A stretch of DNA of 46,365 nucleotides from Spirochaetota bacterium (GCA_024274705.1 JAJSAL010000044.1:1-46365), one strand, 5' to 3'; shown: positions 26,127 to 34,890, counted from the first letter of the stretch. Made by a program: numbers and translations. Notes: generated from the sequence alone by a model not told the origin.

Positions 26127-28055
26127 CTACCTTTTCTTTTTCGTCTTTTTTGATACGAACCTGGCGGATTTTATCTCCCTGGTACTTAAACGCACCCCCT
26201 GGGCCTTTACACTTTTCACCAGGAACGCATCCACATCGAAAGACTCCTCCAGAATACGCACCATGGGCTTCGGTTTATACGTAACTTCCAGCATCGCGTT
26301 TTCCCGGTCCATAAGTTTAAGAATCGTCGATTTTTCCGGTATGATGGAATAGCCCTTGTCCAGGATGTACTGTTCAATGGTGCACCGTTTGATATATCCA
26401 TACCCGGAGGCATTGTCCCGGTATACGATGGTAAACACTACCTCTGGGAGGATGTCCTTGTCTGCAAGACCGCAATAGTGCATCCCCTTGTCGACGAATT
26501 TTTTCTCCGGCACACTGTGGACGGCATACGTACCGTTCTTCCGGATAACCAGAACCCGGTCGTAATCAGACACATCGAAAAGAGCGCGACCCGATGTTAA
26601 TCCATACCCTAAGTACCCGGTACCGTTGTCATAGCGAAGAGTAAGGTTTTTCTGGGCTGCTTCCCGGACATCCACTTTTTCGAAACTGGTGATAACCGTT
26701 TTCCTCTTATACTTACCTTTTTCCTGCTTGACGATGCCTTTCAGGAACTCCACGGCATACCCGACGGTATTGGAAAGGTATTCACCTATTTTAGTAAGCC
26801 GTGCCCGGATTTCCTGCATTTCCTTTTTAGCCTTGTTTATATCGTACAGGGAGATCCTTCGGATCGGTATTTTCAGAAGGTGTTCCACATCCTCTTCCGT
26901 CACTTTTCGCCGGATTTTCGAGGCAAAGGGTTTGAATCCCTCCAGTACCGACTGTATCACCGTTTCCTGTGTTTCCATCTCCTCTATTTCTTTATAGATG
27001 CGTTCTTCAATAAAGATCCGCTCCAGTGTCCGGGCGTGGAGACGGTCCTTCAGATGGCCTTCCTCCAGTTTGAGTTCCCTGGTAAGAATGTCCACCAGGC
27101 GGTCCGCATGATACCGTATAACTTCCGGTATGGTCATGGTAACAGGTCTGCCGTCCTGTATCACCAGCAGATTGACTGCAATGGATTTTTCACAATCGGT
27201 AAACGCGTACAGGGCATCCACCACATCCTTCGTGTGTATTCCCCGGGCAAGTTTAATCTCGATTTCAGCCTTTTCAGTGGTAAAATCACTGATGCCGGAT
27301 ATTTTAATCTTGCTTTTCCTGGCTGCCGATTCAATGGAGTTTATAAGCGATTCCGTGGTGGAACCGAAAGGGAGTTCCCGGATAACGATTTTTTTAGGAT
27401 CTTTAGTATCGAATTGCGCCCGGACTAAAACCTTCCCCATTCCCTCTTCGTAATCAGTGACATCCACGATTCCCCCGGTGGAGAAATCCGGGTAGAGATC
27501 GAAATAATCACCTTTCAGGCACGCCCGTACCGCCTCCAGCACTTCCACGAAGTTGTGAGGAAGGATCCGGGTGGACATACCTACGGCGATCCCTTCAGCA
27601 CCCTGGATGAGCACCGTCGGAATTTTTGCAGGGAATACAACAGGTTCCCTGTTCCGTCCGTCGTATGAATCGTCATACTCCGTGAGTTCCGGGTTGTAGA
27701 GGACCTGTTTTGCCAGGGGCAGAATCCTGCACTCTATATACCGGGCTGCGGAAGCTTCGTCTCCTGTGAGTTCGTTTCCGAAATTTCCCTGTTTTTCGAT
27801 AAACAGGTCTTTGTTGGCCAGGACTACCAGGGCGGAGTAGATGGAAGCATCTCCGTGGGGATGATACTTCATGCAGTGGCCGACAACATTCGCCACCTTG
27901 TGAAGCTTGCCGTCATCCATCTCCAGGAGAGAATGCAGGATTCTCCTCTGCACCGGTTTGAACCCGTCATCCAGGTGGGGGATCGCCCTGTCCTTGATAA
28001 CGTATGATGCGTATTCCAGAAAGTTAGTATTGAAAAGATGTTTGACATACGCCAT
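26127..28055 (-). CDS. parC: Type IIA topoisomerase A subunit lacking the C-terminal beta-pinwheel domain (topoisomerase IV ParC-like).
   Basis: HLDDGFKPVQRRILHSL, the catalytic Tyr context AARYIECRI, and the YHPHGDASIY motif. At only 642 aa it lacks the GyrA/ParC CTD, as in spirochete ParC. Confidence 0.8.
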   Translation of the reverse strand: MAYVKHLFNTNFLEYASYVIKDRAIPHLDDGFKPVQRRILHSLLEMDDGKLHKVANVVGHCMKYHPHGDASIYSALVVLANKDLFIEKQGNFGNELTGDEASAARYIECRILPLAKQVLYNPELTEYDDSYDGRNREPVVFPAKIPTVLIQGAEGIAVGMSTRILPHNFVEVLEAVRACLKGDYFDLYPDFSTGGIVDVTDYEEGMGKVLVRAQFDTKDPKKIVIRELPFGSTTESLINSIESAARKSKIKISGISDFTTEKAEIEIKLARGIHTKDVVDALYAFTDCEKSIAVNLLVIQDGRPVTMTIPEVIRYHADRLVDILTRELKLEEGHLKDRLHARTLERIFIEERIYKEIEEMETQETVIQSVLEGFKPFASKIRRKVTEEDVEHLLKIPIRRISLYDINKAKKEMQEIRARLTKIGEYLSNTVGYAVEFLKGIVKQEKGKYKRKTVITSFEKVDVREAAQKNLTLRYDNGTGYLGYGLTSGRALFDVSDYDRVLVIRKNGTYAVHSVPEKKFVDKGMHYCGLADKDILPEVVFTIVYRDNASGYGYIKRCTIEQYILDKGYSIIPEKSTILKLMDRENAMLEVTYKPKPMVRILEESFDVDAFLVKSVKAQGVRLSTREIKSARFVSKKTKKKR

Positions 28056-29929
28056 CAGACGAGGTTCTCCATGATAAAGTCCCGCCGTTTCGGCGTGTTC
28101 TTTCCCATGTAGAAATCCAGGGTTTCCCGGATATACTTGATGGACCGGATATTGACTTCGATAAGACGAATATCTTCCCCGATGAACTGACCGAACTCTT
28201 TCGGGGATATTTCACCCAACCCTTTGAACCGGGTTATCTCGGGACCCCGGATCTCCTGCAGGGCGTGGTCCCGCTCCTTGTTGGTGTAACAGTAACGGGT
28301 CTCCTTCTTGTTGCGCACACGGAACAAGGGGGTCTCCAGGATATAGAGCCTCCCGGCCACAACCAACTCTTCGAAATAATTGAGAAAGAAGGTAAGGAGA
28401 AGATTCCTGATGTGATAGCCGTCATAATCCGCATCTGTTGCGATAACGATTCTCCCGTAACGGAGATTTTCGATATCATTTTCGATACCTAGGGCCATCA
28501 TCATGTTGTAGAGTTCTTCGTTTTTGTAGATATCGGTCTTCTTCCTTCCATATACGTTCTGAGGCTTCCCCCGTAGAGAGAAGATCGCCTGGGTGTACAC
28601 ATCCCGGCAGGATACCATGGATCCGGAAGCCGACTGGCCTTCAGTAATGAAAATCGTCGAGAGTTCACCCCTGCCGTTGCTGTCGAACAGGTGATACTTG
28701 CAGTCCTTCAGGTTGGGAATTTTAAGAGCTATTTTTTTTGCAGCTTCTTTGGCTTCCTTTCGGACCGTGTTGAGTTCTTTCCTGAGCTTCTCGTTGTTCA
28801 CGATTTTTTCTTCCAGCCGTTTGGCAGTCCCATGGTTCCGGTGGAGAAAATCAACCACCGCGGATTTCACTTCGCTGACGATATCACTCCGGATTTCCGT
28901 ATTGCCCAGGTTGTTCTTCGTCTGGCTTTCGAATACCGGGCTTTTCAGTTTAACGGATACGACGCCCGCAATACCTTCCCGGACGTCCTGGCCCGCGTAG
29001 TTTTTCTTAAAGTACTCATTAACCCCTTTGAGGATTCCCTCCCTGAAGGCAGCCTGATGAGTACCGCCATCGCTGGTGTACTGGCCGTTTACAAAGGAAA
29101 AATACGTTTCACCGTAATTTGCGGTGTGAGTAAAGGCAAACTCCAGGTAGTTGCCTTTGTAATGGCAGATATCATATATCGTTGTATTCCCAACCTCGGA
29201 AAAAAGGAGGTCATACAGGCCCCGTTTCGATTCGAACTTCTGCTTGTTGAAGTAGAGGGTAAGCCCGGCGTTCAAATAGGCATAGTTCCACAACCTCTGT
29301 TCCACATACTCAGGATTAAATGTGAAATTTTCGAATATCTCTTCATCAGGTTCGAATTCCACGTAGGTGCCGTTCGGTTCCTTTGCCGTGGGTCCCTCTT
29401 TTTTCGATTTCAATACACCCCGGCTGAAAACCCCTTCGAAATACCTGCCCTCCCGGAAAGAAACCACCCGGAATAGAGATGAAAGGGCATTTACCGCCTT
29501 TGTTCCCACCCCGTTGAGCCCCACGCTGAACTGAAACACATCGTCGTTGTATTTCGCCCCGGTATTGATGATCGAAACACACTCGATCACCTTACCTAAG
29601 GGAATTCCCCTTCCGTAATCACGCACCTTTACACGGGACCCTTTGATCTCGATAACGATTTTATTACCATGGTTCATGATAAACTCGTCGATACTGTTGT
29701 CCACCACCTCTTTCAACAACACATAAATTCCGTCGTCGAGATTACTCCCGTCACCGAGCCTGCCTATATACATCCCGGTACGAAGACGGATGTGTTCCAG
29801 GGAGCTTAACGTTTTTATCTTACTTTCATCGTATTCATGGGCAGGAGAGGAACTCCCCTTTTTTACGGGAGCCTTTTTTGGAGATTTACGGGTTTTACCT
29901 GTACGTTTCTCTGTGCCTGCCGGTGCCAT
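28055..29929 (-). CDS. parE: Type IIA topoisomerase B subunit (topoisomerase IV ParE-like) with a Lys-rich N-terminal extension.
   Basis: GHKL ATPase motifs EVVDNSIDE and GLNGVGTKAVNALS. TOPRIM ITEGQSASGS and IATDADYDGYHI. It overlaps the parC start by 1 nt. Confidence 0.8.
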   Translation of the reverse strand: MAPAGTEKRTGKTRKSPKKAPVKKGSSSPAHEYDESKIKTLSSLEHIRLRTGMYIGRLGDGSNLDDGIYVLLKEVVDNSIDEFIMNHGNKIVIEIKGSRVKVRDYGRGIPLGKVIECVSIINTGAKYNDDVFQFSVGLNGVGTKAVNALSSLFRVVSFREGRYFEGVFSRGVLKSKKEGPTAKEPNGTYVEFEPDEEIFENFTFNPEYVEQRLWNYAYLNAGLTLYFNKQKFESKRGLYDLLFSEVGNTTIYDICHYKGNYLEFAFTHTANYGETYFSFVNGQYTSDGGTHQAAFREGILKGVNEYFKKNYAGQDVREGIAGVVSVKLKSPVFESQTKNNLGNTEIRSDIVSEVKSAVVDFLHRNHGTAKRLEEKIVNNEKLRKELNTVRKEAKEAAKKIALKIPNLKDCKYHLFDSNGRGELSTIFITEGQSASGSMVSCRDVYTQAIFSLRGKPQNVYGRKKTDIYKNEELYNMMMALGIENDIENLRYGRIVIATDADYDGYHIRNLLLTFFLNYFEELVVAGRLYILETPLFRVRNKKETRYCYTNKERDHALQEIRGPEITRFKGLGEISPKEFGQFIGEDIRLIEVNIRSIKYIRETLDFYMGKNTPKRRDFIMENLV

Positions 29930-29974
29930 TTCTAAACCTGATAATCAGTGTGAATGAGTGTTGAACGTGGGAAC

Positions 29975-30137
29975 TTCAGTCTTTCCAGTTGACCGTAATC
30001 TTTTCGTTCCCCAGTTTCTCTTTAATGATGTCCGCAAGGGACAAAAGTTCTTCTTTACAACAGTCTATCGTTTTTCCCTTGTTAAGCCTTACTTTAAGCT
30101 CATCCGCAAATTCAGAAAGAGTGATCTCTTTTTTCAT
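29975..30137 (-). CDS. Small hypothetical protein (53 aa): MKKEITLSEFADELKVRLNKGKTIDCCKEELLSLADIIKEKLGNEKITVNWKD.
   Basis: ATG at 30135-30137 preceded by a GGGGGGG Shine-Dalgarno-like run; stop at 29975-29977. It is below the ORF-track size cut-off. Confidence 0.35.
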
Positions 30138-30161
30138 GATTCCCCCCCATCAGGATACTAT

Positions 30162-30527
30162 TTAGATATAGTATAACAAGTTGTACGGTTTTAGATCAAG
30201 ATCTCTGTTGACGCTTCTCCATACCGGTAATGAGTCTCCCGATGACGTCCAGTTCCCACCGGAACAGTGAAGCCTGCCGGCGAAATCCAGCACCCGCTGC
30301 TGGAGGGCTGTGTACCCAGGCTCCCCTGTATGCAGCGAAGCCTGGAGATACGCGTAGGTCTCAAGCTTGCCGGCGAGTTCAGCACTACCGGGAACGCTGC
30401 CCCGGCGGGATTCCCTCTCCAGTTCAGCGATATCGTTTACCAGTTCAGGGTCATCTATCGAGTCATAGAGTTCGGAAAGATCCCACCTGGGGATCAGGGG
30501 AGCCCCCTCGAAATCGAAATAGCGGCA
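30162..30527 (-). pseudogene. Coding-like open frame of ~120 codons with no ATG/GTG/TTG start in its first ~80 codons. It may be a gene remnant or a non-canonically initiated gene.
   Basis: The translation ...LSELYDSIDDPELVNDIAELERESRRGSVPGSAELAGKLETYAYLQASLHTGEPGYTALQQRVLDFAGRLHCSGGNWTSSGDSLPVWRSVNRDLDLKPYNLLYYI has protein-like composition. The frame opens just after a TGA inside the 3' end of the TrxR gene. Confidence 0.25.
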
Positions 30528-31777
30528 ATGGTGCCGTCAGCTACCGCTGTAGTGATTTGCCGGTACGTCTTGGTCCTCACATCACCTGCTGCATACACCC
30601 CTTCGATATTTGTCTGCATTTCCCCGTCTGTTACCAGGTACCCCCACTGATCCTTCGACAGGCGGGGGTCAAAACCGCTTAAGTTTGGAATAAATCCGAC
30701 AAATACGAACACCCCGTTGGTACGGAGGCTCTTTCTCCCGCCGGTTTTAAGATCTTCCACCACCACTTCCATGTCCATGGTACCGTGTTTCCTGAATGCC
30801 CGGGGTTCGTGCTCGAACATGAAGGTGATCCTGTTATCGGCAAAGGCTTTTTCCTGGGCCTCCTTGTTTGCCTGCAGTTCAGCAAACTGGTGGACGATGG
30901 TGATGCTGCGTGCGAATTTCGCTATGAACAGCGCTTCCTCGATGGCGGAATTCCCACCTCCAATGACAATGACATCCTTTCCTTCGTAGTATTTAGCGTC
31001 ACAGGTTGCACAGTAGGAAATACCGTTTCCCGCAAACTCCTTCTCCCCTTCCAGTCCCAGCGGCCTGGGAGAGGAACCTGTCGCGATAATGATCTTCCGG
31101 GCCTTTATCGTTTCGAATCCGTCAATGAGAACTTCCTTTTTATCCAGGTCCACCGAGGTCACATCAACAGCGGCCCGGTATGCAACTCCCGCTGCTTTAG
31201 TCTGCTCGCTCATATAATGGGCTAGCATAACACCCTGCTGGGGCTCGATAAAACCGGGGTAGTTGGAGACCTGGTGAGTCCTGGAGACATAACCGCCGGG
31301 AAGGGCGGTATCCACCAGGATTGTATCGACCCGGGCCTGAGCCAGGTAGAGTCCCGCCGTAAGGCCCGCGGGTCCTCCGCCGAGGATGAGAGCCTGGCAC
31401 CCGGTTTTCACCGGTTGTATGCTCTCACGGATCTCTTTTGCCCTGGCTTCCGGAAGCAAGCAGTCCAGCCGGTCCGTAAGGTCCGAACGCCTGATGCCCC
31501 CTGAAAGGCGGGAACCTGTTTCTTTCCCGTTCTTATAGAATATCAGGGTCGGAGAAGCGGTAACACCTAAGGACTCGGCGAACTCCCGGTTTTCCTGGCG
31601 GAATATCTTGAAAAACGAAATATCGTCCCCGTAGAGCTCGCTCACCGGTTCGTATTTAGCAGCCAGGGCTTCACAGGGGGGGCATTCTGTCGAGTAAAAA
31701 TCGAGCACTGCCCGCTCTGCACCCAGTACGTGTTCTTCGTAATCCTTTGCTTCTATTTCCGTTATTTTTCCAGCCAT
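30494..31777 (-). CDS. Thioredoxin - thioredoxin reductase fusion protein (N-terminal Trx domain, C-terminal FAD/NADPH TrxR).
   Basis: Start at MAGKITE, with an AAGGAG Shine-Dalgarno 7 nt upstream. Trx active site STECPPCE. TrxR motifs GGGPAGLTAG (FAD), CATCD (redox disulfide) and GGGNSA (NADPH). Confidence 0.8.
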   Translation of the reverse strand: MAGKITEIEAKDYEEHVLGAERAVLDFYSTECPPCEALAAKYEPVSELYGDDISFFKIFRQENREFAESLGVTASPTLIFYKNGKETGSRLSGGIRRSDLTDRLDCLLPEARAKEIRESIQPVKTGCQALILGGGPAGLTAGLYLAQARVDTILVDTALPGGYVSRTHQVSNYPGFIEPQQGVMLAHYMSEQTKAAGVAYRAAVDVTSVDLDKKEVLIDGFETIKARKIIIATGSSPRPLGLEGEKEFAGNGISYCATCDAKYYEGKDVIVIGGGNSAIEEALFIAKFARSITIVHQFAELQANKEAQEKAFADNRITFMFEHEPRAFRKHGTMDMEVVVEDLKTGGRKSLRTNGVFVFVGFIPNLSGFDPRLSKDQWGYLVTDGEMQTNIEGVYAAGDVRTKTYRQITTAVADGTIAAISISRGLP

Positions 31778-31787
31778 GATCAACTCC

Positions 31788-33026
31788 TTATGAATAGAGG
31801 GGAATACCCATCTCCAGCAGTTCCCTGACAGGCCTGCAGTCAGGCGCACGAATCGTTCCTTCCCGGTTTTTCGAGACGGCTCCGCACCCCCCGCCGCAGG
31901 CGAGCTGGAGATTGCACGTCCTGCACCCCGGAATCGTTGTAACATCCCTCTCTTCCCACTCTTCGATAGCTTCCCTCTTTTTACTCACCTCCGGAAAGAA
32001 GGTCCCCAATGATTCCCCTTCTTTACCCACCGTGGCAGTACAGGAATAGATTCTGCCTGTGTAATCGAAGGCCCATTCCGTCTTGCACCCGGGGCAGGAA
32101 TCGAAGAGGGGTCCCGGGAGTTCCCCGTTTTCGAAGAGAAACCGGGAAACTGAAAAAGCGGGCCGGTGAAAATCGAGAACTTCCGGATGTTGTTTTATGA
32201 GTTCGTAGAGGTCCCGGTACATCTCCACCCTGTCGTAGAGAATCCCGCTGTTTTTCTGGCAGGTATGCAGTTCGTAGTTCCTCCCCAGCTGGGTTTTAAA
32301 GTTGGGATCCCGGGTCCATCCCCTTTCCTTCGCGAACAGCGCCATCCCGGGCAGATCAGCAAGATTCCCCCTGTCCAGGACGATCCGGAGATTGACCGGG
32401 TACCCTGCGCCAAGGGCTGCGTCGATTCCCCGGACCACCTTCCCAAAGGTGCTTCCTCCCCCTAAGAGGGGGCGCCGTTTGTCATGAACATCCCCGACAC
32501 CGTCCAGGGTCACCTGGATTTCCCTGATTTCGATATCCTTACATTCCGGCAGGTACTCCTCCAGGTGATACCCGTTTGTAACCACCGCGACCCCCAGATT
32601 CCTCCGTGCCGCCCCCTGTAATAACCGGCGGATACGGTCCTTCGCCGTATTGCCCGGCAGGAGGGGCTCTCCCCCGAACAGGGTAAGGTACTTTTTCCTT
32701 CCGGAGAATTCGCCGTCGATGTATGTATAAAACGCATCGATTACAGCAGGATCCAGGGAGAGCTCTTTTCCGCTGTATTCCTGCTGGTAACAGTAGGCAC
32801 ATCCGAAGTTGCACCCGTACCAGGGTACGAAAAATATCTGTATCTCCCCTTCATCCCGGGCATCCAGGAAATCGAGATACGCTTTTTTATACAGGCGGGA
32901 CTCTTCTCCTTCGTCGAGGACATACCCTTTTTCCCGGTAAGGTGCGGGATCGGGAACCCTGCCCTTCCGGACATCTTCCGCTTCCTGTTTCGACAGGATA
33001 TCCGCATTTGCGGTAAGGATATTCAT
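31788..33026 (-). CDS. Radical SAM enzyme with a C-terminal SPASM domain (anSME/peptide-maturase-like).
   Basis: CNFGCAYC (CxxxCxxC) radical SAM cluster motif. SPASM cysteines CPGCKTEW...YSC and CRTCNLQLACGGGCGA. The start is set at Met66 (33024-33026), because the upstream part of the track ORF runs through an intrinsic terminator and is Cys/Arg/Trp-rich nonsense. Confidence 0.75.
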   Translation of the reverse strand: MNILTANADILSKQEAEDVRKGRVPDPAPYREKGYVLDEGEESRLYKKAYLDFLDARDEGEIQIFFVPWYGCNFGCAYCYQQEYSGKELSLDPAVIDAFYTYIDGEFSGRKKYLTLFGGEPLLPGNTAKDRIRRLLQGAARRNLGVAVVTNGYHLEEYLPECKDIEIREIQVTLDGVGDVHDKRRPLLGGGSTFGKVVRGIDAALGAGYPVNLRIVLDRGNLADLPGMALFAKERGWTRDPNFKTQLGRNYELHTCQKNSGILYDRVEMYRDLYELIKQHPEVLDFHRPAFSVSRFLFENGELPGPLFDSCPGCKTEWAFDYTGRIYSCTATVGKEGESLGTFFPEVSKKREAIEEWEERDVTTIPGCRTCNLQLACGGGCGAVSKNREGTIRAPDCRPVRELLEMGIPLYS

Positions 33027-33101
33027 GAGAAGGTACTCATCGGAATCCGCTAAGGGGGTCAATATATTATACGCCGAAAAACGCACACCATCCTCCAGGA
33101 T

Positions 33102-33147
33102 AAAAAAAGCGTGCCGCTTGATCGTCGATTGACCATGCAAGCGGCAC
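33102..33147 (-). terminator. Rho-independent terminator (minus strand) ending the MarR-methyltransferase operon.
   Basis: Perfect 10-bp stem GTGCCGCTTG/CAAGCGGCAC with a 17-nt loop, followed on the minus strand by TTTTTTT (AAAAAAA at 33102-33108 on plus). Confidence 0.65.
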
Positions 33148-33294
33148 AACAGGAACCAGTTGGCTTCACACCATCCTAGTCGTGGCAGCCTGCGACAACA
33201 GAAGAAATTTTTGCACAGCATTGGGCTGTTTTCTTCTTATCAGCTGCTTTTTTGCGAATGAGTGTCTTCATTAGAAGCTCCTTTCTCACCGGTT

Positions 33295-33954
33295 TTACTT
33301 AGCTTTACAGCACCCCGCCGGTTTTGTTCCCGCCAGGGTGATGCTGGCAACAACAATATTACCCTTGTCGTAGGGTTTACTTTCTTCGATTACAGTGAGT
33401 TCTTTGAATCCCGTATTCTTAAGGGTTTCCATGTACACTTCCCGGGTTACGGCACCGGCCCAGCATTCTGCGATTGCTTCCGCGTCGGAAGCGTATTCTT
33501 CCGGTACAGTCTCAAGGGAATAGATGTCACTGACAACAAACCTGCCCCCTTTTTTCAAAACACGGTAAATCTCGTCCCACACTTTCTGTTTTTCCCCGGC
33601 GTGGTTTATGGTGCAGTTGGAAATAACCAGGTCAACCGTACTATCTTCAAGGGGTATATTCTCCAGTTCGGTGTGAAAGAACTTCACATTTTTTACCCCC
33701 AGCCGGGCGGCGGTTTTTTCAGCTTTTTCCACCATTCCGTCGGCAATGTCCACACCGTAGACAAATCCCTCACTGCCTACTTTTTCCGCCATGCGGATCA
33801 CATCCGTTCCCCGGCCGCTTCCCAGGTCCAGGCACACCTCTCCTTGAGCGGGCTCTCCCTGATCCAGGGCCCCTCCGCAGGAAAGACAGCAGGTGCTTTC
33901 CGCCAGGTGAGTATAACGCTCACTTATCGCTTCAATGTTGTTTCGTTCCGCCAC
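33295..33954 (-). CDS. Class I SAM-dependent methyltransferase with ArsM-like conserved cysteines.
   Basis: SAM-binding LDLGSGRGTDV. VISNCTINH resembles the ArsM VVSNCVLNL motif. Cys pairs at the N-terminus (STCCLSCGG) and C-terminus (GCCKAK). Confidence 0.65.
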   Translation of the reverse strand: MAERNNIEAISERYTHLAESTCCLSCGGALDQGEPAQGEVCLDLGSGRGTDVIRMAEKVGSEGFVYGVDIADGMVEKAEKTAARLGVKNVKFFHTELENIPLEDSTVDLVISNCTINHAGEKQKVWDEIYRVLKKGGRFVVSDIYSLETVPEEYASDAEAIAECWAGAVTREVYMETLKNTGFKELTVIEESKPYDKGNIVVASITLAGTKPAGCCKAK

Positions 33955-33962
33955 AATTCCTC

Positions 33963-34370
33963 CTACAATACCGAAACCAGGGTCATAATATGCCGGGATA
34001 TCTCTTCCGCCTGATCAGCGTCCAACCGCTCCAGCAGCCGGGCCTCACACAGGGACTTCTGCCGTTCTATCCCTTTCAGGCACTCGGTTCCTTCTCCGCT
34101 CAAGGAGATCATCACGTACCGTTTGTCATCCTTATGATGGGCCAGGTCGAGATACCCCTTTTCATGAAGCCCGCCGATCACCCGGCTCCCCCTGGAAGGC
34201 GAGAGACCAAGACACAGGGAAAGCTCCGATGCAGACAGGGTTTCACCATCCCTTAAAGCGAAGATGCACGAAATCTGCCTGGGGGTAAGATCATGGGCAC
34301 TCCCGATCTCTTCCTCTATGCGGCACTTCTGTTTCAGCTTCAGTATTGCATCAATAATAGATTCAGACAT
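33963..34370 (-). CDS. MarR-family transcriptional regulator.
   Basis: wHTH region LTPRQISCIFALRDGETLSASELSLCLGLSPSRGSRVIGGLHEKGYL, ~135 aa. Confidence 0.8.
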   Translation of the reverse strand: MSESIIDAILKLKQKCRIEEEIGSAHDLTPRQISCIFALRDGETLSASELSLCLGLSPSRGSRVIGGLHEKGYLDLAHHKDDKRYVMISLSGEGTECLKGIERQKSLCEARLLERLDADQAEEISRHIMTLVSVL

Positions 34371-34386
34371 AATAACTCATAAATAG

Positions 34387-34399
34387 TTGCTATTAGCAA
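34387..34399. promoter_or_regulatory. Perfect palindrome TTGCTA-T-TAGCAA 17 nt upstream of the marR-like gene start, a candidate autoregulatory operator.
   Basis: Read directly from the sequence. Confidence 0.35.
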
Positions 34400-34542
34400 T
34401 CATCTCCCATAATATCGTGTTTTTTGAATATATTGTCAAGCGTTTGTTGGATTTTTAGGACCGAACCGGTGTCCTTTCCACTATGCGGTTAAGGTGCTGA
34501 ATTTCCGGGTTCCGGGCCACTGCTGTTCTTCAGCTCGACCAG

Positions 34543-34821
34543 GTGATCCAGCAGAACGCTTCGGCTTCGGAGGAATTGGCATCCACATCGGAAGAGCTCT
34601 CATCCCAGGCGGAACAGCTCCAGTCGGCTATCTCCTATTTTCGCGTGGATACCAACGGTAGCAGAAAAAAACGGAAGCAGCTCGTAACCGCCGGCGCCGG
34701 AGAAAAGACAGGTATCACTCTGCACCCGGAACCGACCCCCGGTAAAAAAGCAGAAAAACCTGAATTGCAGGAACCTGAACTGAAAATGGATGTGAATGAT
34801 TCCGATTTCGAGGAATTTTAA
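34543..34821 (+). pseudogene. 3' remnant of a methyl-accepting chemotaxis protein gene (C-terminal ~90 codons only).
   Basis: QNASASEELASTSEELSSQAEQLQSAISYFRVD is the conserved extreme C-terminus of MCP signalling domains. The frame begins at a GTG, with no upstream MCP body (the marR promoter region lies there). Confidence 0.6.
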
Positions 34822-34856
34822 AAAACAGCCTTGTTAAACAGGCATCTCTATAAAAA

Positions 34857-34890
34857 GCCCTTCCGGGATAATCCTGGAAGGGCTTTTTTT
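34857..34890 (+). terminator. Rho-independent terminator.
   Basis: GCCCTTCCGGGA-taa-TCCTGGAAGGGC forms a 12-bp stem with one G-U, followed by TTTTTTT. Confidence 0.75.

Noticed and set aside
30494-30530. A -1 programmed frameshift extending the TrxR protein into the downstream 120-codon frame.
   Set aside because: The TrxR C-terminus is already complete and of normal length (…AAGDV…YRQITTAVADGTIAA…). There is no slippery heptamer (the sequence is A-TTT-CGA) and no downstream pseudoknot-like structure.
31778-31945. The long N-terminal extension of the Trx-TrxR ORF (first 56 codons of the track ORF 30494..31945).
   Set aside because: It overlaps the 3' end of the rSAM gene and is Arg/Gly/Ser-rich. 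An internal Met with an AAGGAG Shine-Dalgarno, followed by a canonical thioredoxin fold start, gives a far better gene model.
33027-33221. The N-terminal 65 codons of the rSAM track ORF (MLCKNFFCCRRLPRLGWCEANW…).
   Set aside because: This stretch runs through the 10-bp-stem intrinsic terminator of the upstream operon and is Cys/Arg/Trp-rich. The start was moved to Met66.
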